A stretch of DNA of 56,802 nt, the filler included, from Sphacelaria rigidula (taxonomy: Eukaryota): the NCBI GenBank assembly GCA_964200075.2. It is 4 parts of 4 records of this genome, joined end to end, with 100 filler letters (N's around TTAATTAATTAA, not from the genome) between each part and the next. Parts side by side here need not be neighbours in the genome. Positions count along the whole stretch, not along the records: positions 42,680 to 56,802 come from CAXNAA020002447.1; 3 more parts are not named here. One strand, 5' to 3'. The notes under the pieces were generated by a model, which saw nothing but the letters and a program-made list of their open reading frames with translations, was not told where the DNA came from and ran no database searches. Positions 48,691-56,802 of this stretch are shown in pieces. A program made the translations under genes and the position numbers. Within the stretch, counting starts at the first letter, position 1; each line of letters starts with the position of its first letter.

Positions 48691-51375
48691 GTGCGGGAGA
48701 ACCCCTAACTGGCTTTTGCCCTGCAGTCGAGTGAGTACACAGTCAACGGCAAGGGACAGTAAACGCGTCATCGCTTTTCACCGAACAAAGTCTAGTGCAC
48801 GCTGCTGATGACTGTGGTTAGTGTTCCACAACGACACTACAGTGTGAAGCTATGTCAACAACAGGGGTCAGGAAGGCGGCAAAGACCACGAGAAAAATAA
48901 TAGTACTTTGTGTGTGCCGTTGCTATCTGTGCTTGAAAGTTTGTGACCAAAATAGGACATACGTCTAGACTGCGAGGAAGCTCATCTTCAGTCCATCGGG
49001 GTGTGGTATACTGACCATTTTAACCAACCACAGCTATAAATGGTTACGCCGCTCCTCTCGGGCCTCGTTCCTGGCTTACATTTTTCCGTGGGGAAATTTC
49101 ATTCACGCATGGTTGACTTGATGAGATTCTTGGCGTTACTGCGAACGTGTCCCCACCCCCCTGTTGAAAACCACCCTGCCCCCTGAAAACCCCTGGGTAT
49201 CCCGAGGCTGTCATCCGATGAAACTGTCATGAGGCGATGCTCGCAGTTTATTGGGTGAGCCAAATCGGATGATCACATATTTTTCAAGTCACACACGTGC
49301 ACAAGTGCTGCCCTCGAAGAAAGGGAGGGAGGAATCATCACGGGCATCTGAGGAACGCGGCGAGGCTTCGCGTTTCCCAACTCCAAGCGTCCAGGCGCCT
49401 GTGAAGATCTCAGATCTTTCCGGGGCTGTCCGTGATAGCTGCATGTGAGGAGGGTCACGGGTCTCACCCCGTGGAGCTCTTCGCTGGCATCATACCCAAG
49501 CGTGAACTGCTTCTTCGCTGGCATGCCCTGTGCCTGGAGAGCCACTGTGCTTGGATGGCTGGGGGCGTATCTTCCAAGTCTGGCGACTTCCCACGCCTGG
49601 GTGGCGAAAGGGCCAGCATCAGCAGAGGTGAGCGCCTGCGACAAGGGAAGCGGCTCGTCCAAACTTTTCGTACTGCGAGCGATGCCGCGAGCGAGCTGAC
49701 GCATCTCCAGACAAACCACAGTTGGGACGCACCCGACATCAGAGATACCAGCAGCAACTCTAACTTTGCCGTACGCGGTAGCACCCTCAAGAACCCTTCA
49801 CGGGTTTCCCGGGTAGGGAGCACCGCGTGCTGCTGGCATCATATCAGTTCAAGACCTTGGTAGAGCAGATCGCGCGATTGCACAGTTAGTCTCAGAGGAA
49901 GGTTCAGGAAAACTAGTGGAGCATGATTTGTAGCGGATTCCGGATGTCCCCCTGGATGAGATCGGGCCCGCCGCCTGTGCGTCGGTCCAGATCGCGTACA
50001 CCTCGCACGTTTTAAGAAGGCGTATGGCCGATGAAGAAGGGGTCAGCGGTGTGGGAAGATAAGACATATGGATGCCTGTCGACTCGCTTGCAGCGGGAAT
50101 AAAAGCCACGTGCCTTATCTATGAATGCTTCAGCGCAAGACCGACGGGCATAGTTACATCGTTAAGTTCAAGGCTAGGGCAGTGGTTAGAGGTTGCATGT
50201 AGCCGTTGAGAAATTCTCCTCATTTTGGTCAAGCGTTCAACCCCCCCCCTCCTCGGGACGAGTCTGGCCACAAGTGATCAACTCGTCGCCCCCGCAGTAC
50301 ACACCATGCACTTTGATGTCACGGATTGGATCCGCACTCGCGCGCTGCGACGAACCTCGCGAAACAGAATTTCTCCCCACGAACGTCTTCATATCTTCAA
50401 GGACGGAAATTTGATACTTATCGGGGAAGGGCTCAACTGTATCTGCCGAGACTCATACCCGCATTCCTTTCGACCTAATTAGTGATCTGTAGTGATGGGA
50501 AATTCACACGACACGCTCGTGGTGTGTGGTGAGGAGGAATGCACCCAAGCATCTGACGTTCTTGATTATGACTTCCCTGAGAAGAACCAAGGCCAACCGG
50601 CGTATCCCAGGTGTAAGTTCCCACACAACAAGCGACAGGGAGGAGGGCACCGTTGCAGTACCTGCCTCGGACAGGATGAAGGGAAGTTATCTCGGAGAGA
50701 TCTCCAGGATGGAAACCTGCTTACACCCCGGTAATCGTTCGATCGTTTCACGACAAAGCAGGGAGACAATGGGCTCCCTCATGAGGCCACAGAGCAACAC
50801 CTGTCCTGGCATTGTGGACGTGGTGTGGGGATGTCCACCTTCCAACCAAGAGCCCGACAGCCGGGGACTGGCAGGAAATGTTGACGATTCCATTGTACGC
50901 CAACGGTTTGCGTTATCTGGGTATTACTGACGACGGAGGTCAGGGCGCGGAGATGGTGGCACTCGCAGGCGAATACGCAGAGTTCAGAGATCGGCGCTTA
51001 GTGCCAGCAGAGGCGATATTTGCCTGTGTCGCAGCCGTGGAACTGTAGGGTTTCCCGCTAGGACGCAGAAACACGCAGAAGAATGAGACGTTGCTAGCCA
51101 CTCGAGTAGGTGTGGCCAACGGGGGCACGGAAAAGGAAGCGCTTCTCGCGGTTGATCGATCGCTTGATTACTTGATTGGGGTACATTCACTGATGCCCGA
51201 AGGATCTAAGCGTGGGGACAAATACGCAGTCAAGGTGAAGAAAACGGATACAGGCGCTAAAGAAAGCTAGAGAAGCGGAGACGGCGAAGGAAGAAGGATT
51301 CAGCAAACGGAGTAAACTGAAGAATAATGATACACGAACAATGTGCGGGGCCAAAACATGCATTGTCCCTATCCT

Positions 51376-51425
<50 letters not shown>

Positions 51426-51447
51426 CTTCTTCTTCTTCTTCTTCTTC
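51376..51447. repeat. Compound (TTG)n(TTC)n microsatellite
   Basis: Perfect TTG run switching directly to a TTC run. Confidence 0.97.
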
Positions 51448-54205
51448 GTCTTGATCTGTACCTGCCTCATTATCGGACAAGGCAGGGTGCGCTGCACGGC
51501 TCTTGTTTCCCGCGGCGCTGTCCCGCCGTGAAACCGCGCTCTTTTCCTCGAAAAGTGGTGCACATGCTCTGCATGAGCTGCGGGCGCCTTGGCTTTGCGT
51601 GGGGATTAATTTTTTAATGGTTTGGGCCTGGCACAGACAGCCTCAACTCGCGCGGCTAACTGTACATACTCTTTGGCTGAAATATCGCGGACTATGCATC
51701 CCTTTGTCTATCGACCTTTTTTAATGTCATGTTTCGTGACCCCCATTCAAGATGCCGTCCCGACGGTTCACGTCAGGAATCTCATCAGGAGGGGCACGAC
51801 ATATTTCCATGCGATATCGGGAACTAGCAAATACCAACTGTTTGCGTTGAGCATGATTCAGCCTTTTTTCGGTACTTGACCGTTTGACCGCCAGGGTGGG
51901 TCTTCCATCAGTCATGTTTCAAGTAAAAATATTGCCAATCCCAGAGACGACTCATGCTGGCGATAAAAAAAAGTTGATACCCTAATGGAAAATTATTTTC
52001 CCTGATGTGCTTGGGTTTTCCCTTTTTTGGCTGTTCGCGGACCATGAAGGGACTCTACTGATGTGTGTCTTTTGTGTTTCGCGTGCTGCACTAGAACGTC
52101 GCCCCCTGTCACTTCACGAGGTACTTCGACATCTTCGCTGATGTTTTTTTCTCATCTCTCTGCGAAATACCGCAAGAACCAGATGTACGAGCAATGTACT
52201 CTTGATGCGCCCAGAGAGATTTGCCCTCTCGCTGCCCCACAATCAGACTACCCAACGCGCCACACCGTCAAACATCTTACAATGTGAAGCTGACCTCGCA
52301 GTTGGGGAGACTTGATCTCCATTAGCTGTCGGGTGAGATTGTCTTTTTGGACGGAGAAGGGCGGGTGGGGGGGGGGTTCTTTCAAGCGGATATTGTACCA
52401 CAACACTGCAAAATACCTAAATTAGGCGCACAGCATGCCCAATAGTATCCCCAAGAACAAATAAAAAACACCAAAGGTCAAGTTCAGAAAGAAGTCTTGA
52501 CGTCCTCAGTCGACTTGATCGAAACCTGATATGATGGGTGGTTCGCGCTCCGTAGCCCCTTCGTAACGTGCATATACATATTGATCGTACACTCACAGAA
52601 AAGACAGGTTGACATATGCCGTGCCACCATGAAGTTGGCTATCGTGAAATGTAATGTGTATTGACGCACGGGGATCCGTCCGGCCGCGCGACCCTCGATA
52701 TCTTTCGTTAGCACGACATGTTGTTTCGGGAAATGGCCAACTATATTGTTAAATAGTCAACGTTACGTGCCGAACAACGCAACATACATCAACAGTCCAG
52801 GACACGCGGAATCCGAAGCGACAGTATATTTTCGCCGCGCAACAGGCCGTGCGTCAATGCATGTCATCAAATATCACATTGTTTTATACAATACACGAGC
52901 GGGCCGACCGTCTTACTTCATGTAGCAACGTATATTCGGACATTGTGTGGGAATTACTTTGATACGCACTTCTACGTGTGCGGGCGCCATTTGAAGCCCA
53001 TTGCCAGATGAGTAAAGTTACAAAACGAACATCCCCGAAACGTTTGGATATATATTGACCGCGGGGTACCCAAGCGATGAGGGTGCCCGATACTTGTCTG
53101 GAAAACAGGACGTCTGGCGTGTTCTTGTTCGATACATATTTCGTAGCAGCACGCCATGCCCCCTTAGGGCTCGGTATATATTGTTCTGTCGACGTATCCA
53201 GGGCCAGTGTGAACAGCATGTACTGCGACATAGTGGTTCGGGGACGACCTTGTCTCATGTAGATGCTGCATATATTGGATCCAAAATGATGACGTCAGCA
53301 GTATCTGCCGTCGCTACAATATCCCCGATAACAGCACATACAGCATGTGCGACGGCAACGCGTTGCAATATCTTGTATCGCCTCGGGTGTAGGCAGCACC
53401 CTGCCCCCTTTTTGAAGTATGCACCCTGGGGGCATGATAAATAAATACAAGTTCACCAGCGAGAGAAAACAGTGGAATATCTGTTGTGCACTTTCGCCAG
53501 TTTTGCGTGGTTTAGGTCCAGCGACTTTTGCCATCGAGGAATCCGAAAATGCGACTGATGTTACCAATCAGCGGCACATGGTACTCCAACCTCAACTTTG
53601 TTCACACAGCGATCACGAGATACACCACGCCCTGTGCAGCGCCTGATAACCCCGTCGACGGTTCTGAGTCAGCTAGTTGATCAAGTACCTGGTTTTGTGT
53701 CAATCGGCGAGAAGTGAAGCAAGATTGTTCGCTCTTGGACGAATAAGTGTACTGGTGGAAACTGACTCTTCTTGGATGAAAGGGCAACAAAATTTCATGA
53801 AGATGACTGCTGGTCGCTCAAAATCGCACAAAAGCAGCTGGGAAAAAGTACCTCGTATCGAGGCGGACTATTGCCTGCCACATATATTTTTAATTTTTCA
53901 TCACGTTTTCAATCTTTCCCCTTTCTCGTGCGAATTTGTGGTCTCAAGGTAACAACCTATTCTCTCCCCCTGTACACGCCTTGCAACTCGGTCTCGTGGA
54001 TTGGATCATGACCAGCAATCCCGCACCGCGTCGACGCGCATCAACTAGACTTTGTTCGATACTCAGATCCTCACGTTTTCATTAACAGAAATCAGATGCT
54101 TTTTTGAAAGCACATGCATTTGCCGGTATCGGATTCCTCAATCGTCTGCCCTAACTGTTTCATGTTGTTTTACTTTAATTCAGACCACTAGGGTGCGGCA
54201 CATTC

Positions 54206-54629
54206 AACAGTGGATTCTCGAAAATGGGGTTGAAAAAACTAGTGAGGTTCAACTTCGAAAGCCGTGCTTTGCCCGACCTAAATTCATGATAAATGACTTT
54301 CATGCGGACGACCTCATCCCTCCCGACCTCCCCAAGGCTATTTCCGGGCATTTCTAGCCTTCCGTTCCCCCAAAGTGTATGTGCGAAAGCACACTTTTGC
54401 CTCTGTTTCGGGGTGAATAAGGGACGGTTTTTGGCCCAAAAATCATGCTTTCGCACACACCCTTTGGGGAAGCGGAAGGCTAGAAATCCCCGAAATAGTT
54501 TCAGGTAGGTCGCGAGGGATGGGGTCGTCCATATGAAAGTCATTTGTCATGAATTTAAATCAGGGAAAGCACGGCTTTTGAGGTGAACCTCATTTTTATT
54601 TTCAACCCCATTTTCGAGAATCCACTGTT
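54206..54629. mobile_element. Foldback MITE-like element with about 185-bp imperfect inverted arms
   Basis: aacagtggattctcgaaaatggggttgaaaa...gtgcgaaagca versus tgctttcgcac...ttttcaaccccattttcgagaatccactgtt, with a spacer of about 50 bp. No exact TSD. Confidence 0.88.
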
Positions 54630-56802
54630 ATTGGTCGGACAACATATTAGCAGGCATGCCGTATCAATACATGTATATCGCTCGTTCGATAAGTCCCGCG
54701 CACGACATATACATTATACATCGCGATCACAGTACATCGTTGTATTTCGTTAGCCAATATGTGACCATCGTACTGTATCGTCCAGGGTGTGGTATTTTCT
54801 ACGGCAAGCACTGGGCCATATACCCCAAAATACATGTGGCAGGGGCATGCCAGTGGGGCAGAGGATCCATATCCTTGCTCTTCCATTTATTTTTCCTTTC
54901 CTTTCTCACTTTCCCTCTTCCTTCTTTGGTGTCGGCACTATCGTAGTTTCTCTCCCTTCTCTGTCGGAGATCTTAGCCTAGTGTTATCTTTTCTTCTTCG
55001 TTCCTCCGTCCTTTCTCTTGTTTCCCCGCTCACAGTTCCCTCTGTTCCCCCTTTCTGCTTCGCCTTCCCCTTTCTCGACATTCCCTCGCAAGGGTTTTCC
55101 GGCCATTACATCTTATTGGGTATGTCCATATTCTGGCTATAGTACTACAGCTGAGTACGTAGCGGATCAGATGTTGTGCGACAAGCAATCATAAACCAAT
55201 TAACTACTTCCTTCATGGCTGGGTGTGAAGTGTGGGCCCGGTAGCTGGGGAGATGGGTTACTCTTCGTTGGCGGGAATGCATCAACAGCCGTCTCTAGTG
55301 AGTGAAACTGGTTGGAGATTTCATGTCCGAGAATCCTGTCCCTGTAGTCATGATCCACGCTGTCACGACACCCTACAGAGCGTATTCTACCAGGCGTGGA
55401 AACAATAATTGTCTTGAGTATACTCCGCTCCCCCCTGACGCTCCTCTTCACCAATGTACTGTTGTGCAGCACCTTCAGGCGAGTTCGGAGCCGGGTCATT
55501 TCAGTGAAGAAGGGCAGCTACTGCTGACCAACGAGCAACACGCGATGGAGGAGGGTCACGTTGAACTGGTTGGTGGTCGCGCCATGCTATTTGAAAAATT
55601 TCCTTGCGTAGGGAAGTGAGGTGGTGAATCTGTACGCGGCATGTCAGCTTAATCTCGAATGCACAGCACAGCTCGAGAGATCTACCGCGAAGATTAATCC
55701 TTGATGTAATATTGTTGGCCGTGTACATTCGCAAGACCATCGCCGCCACCCACACGCCCTTCGTAATAACGATCCCATGATGCCTTGCCTTGCCCTTGCC
55801 CTTCGCTTCAACCCAATCACCCTTTGCTGTGCCTGTCGTAGCGCTCTTTCGACATATACTGACACGCTGCTGGGTGCTGGTGTCTATGCTGCTGTTCTGC
55901 ATTCCAGCTGTGTAGGGGAACGCGAAGACCGCTCATAGATCATACTACACATATGGTGTATAGAGGGTAGTACCGTTGTCCAGTACACGTTTGTTCATAC
56001 CTGTCCGAGAAAGAAACTTACTTCAGTTGGGAGCGGGAGCCGGAGATAGTTGGGGAACACACTTGTAGATCACATATTTCAATTTCTGTATGGCAGCAGC
56101 ATGTTCGCTCCAGATGTGTGTGTATGGGGTGGGGCCTGCTCATGATTCTGCATGCCGTGGTCACAAGGCCGTAGACTTTGCATTTTCTGTAAAGCCGGGA
56201 CGAATCACGACGAATTTTCGGCGAAGCAGGCTCGCAGTCACTAAGCGCGGAGCACCGTGATGTGTTTTGCGAGTCGCAAGGAAGGTGAGCTGCATCCTAA
56301 TTAGATTCTTCGGCTTGCAGCGTTTTAACTTTCGTGTGTCTGTGTGGGAGAGGCATTGAGACACGCTAGACTAGCTCGTGTCTCGCGGGATGCAGAGTGT
56401 GATTTTAGTGGAATACACCATGAGCAAATCGTTTAATCTTTTCTTTTGCTGTAGTTTAGGGAGCTTCAATATTATGTCCGCGAAGGAATTCGGTCCATAT
56501 TTCTCTAGCCGTTTGATTGTTTCGAAGATAGCATCCCGAGCTTCCAAGACAAGATGCAGTTTTCCGCCCCCAAGAATGTGACACTCGGTATTTGTTGGTG
56601 AGAGTCTTTGTTACCGCCGGAAAGATAATGCGGCCTGCTGGGATTGGAAGCCTGCATTTGTGCAACCTCCATCCGGGATATTATATCAGGTGGGGACATC
56701 TATTTGGAATATCGTCTCAATCTGGGGTATCTACATGAAATATGTATGTTCTGTGACGCTAGCAAGTTTGCTAGTAATGCAGCGTCTAAATGCTGTTGAG
56801 GG

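Noticed and set aside
51187-51617. Poly-E/Q, poly-L/V and poly-K/N ORFs
   Set aside because: They are open only because they cross the (TTG)n(TTC)n microsatellite.

Overview
Eukaryotic DNA, most likely from a brown alga (inferred from the RPL32 protein, long TE-filled GT-AG introns and repeat style; not verified). The window is four unrelated contigs of 14127, 14127, 14125 and 14123 bp joined by identical 100-nt N44-TTAATTAATTAA-N44 linkers, so adjacency across linkers means nothing. Contig 1 (1-14127) holds a two-LTR, inactivated Ty3/Gypsy retrotransposon (2765-13344, minus strand). Its integrase C-terminus carries a chromodomain followed by a second PWWP/Tudor-like motif, the most interesting observation here, and its 5' LTR joins gag-frame sequence with no canonical primer-binding site. 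Contig 2 holds a multi-exon plus-strand coiled-coil gene whose introns contain a hAT-type element with a perfect 8-bp TSD and a tRNA-derived SINE. Contig 3 holds a TMEM185/TMEM203-like membrane-protein gene head-to-head with a complete 3-exon RPL32, a second SINE copy and the last exon of a Rab GTPase. Contig 4 holds a LINE 3' fragment, a foldback MITE, microsatellites and several kb of unidentifiable, possibly decayed coding sequence. All exon models were made by hand from splice signals and reading-frame phase.
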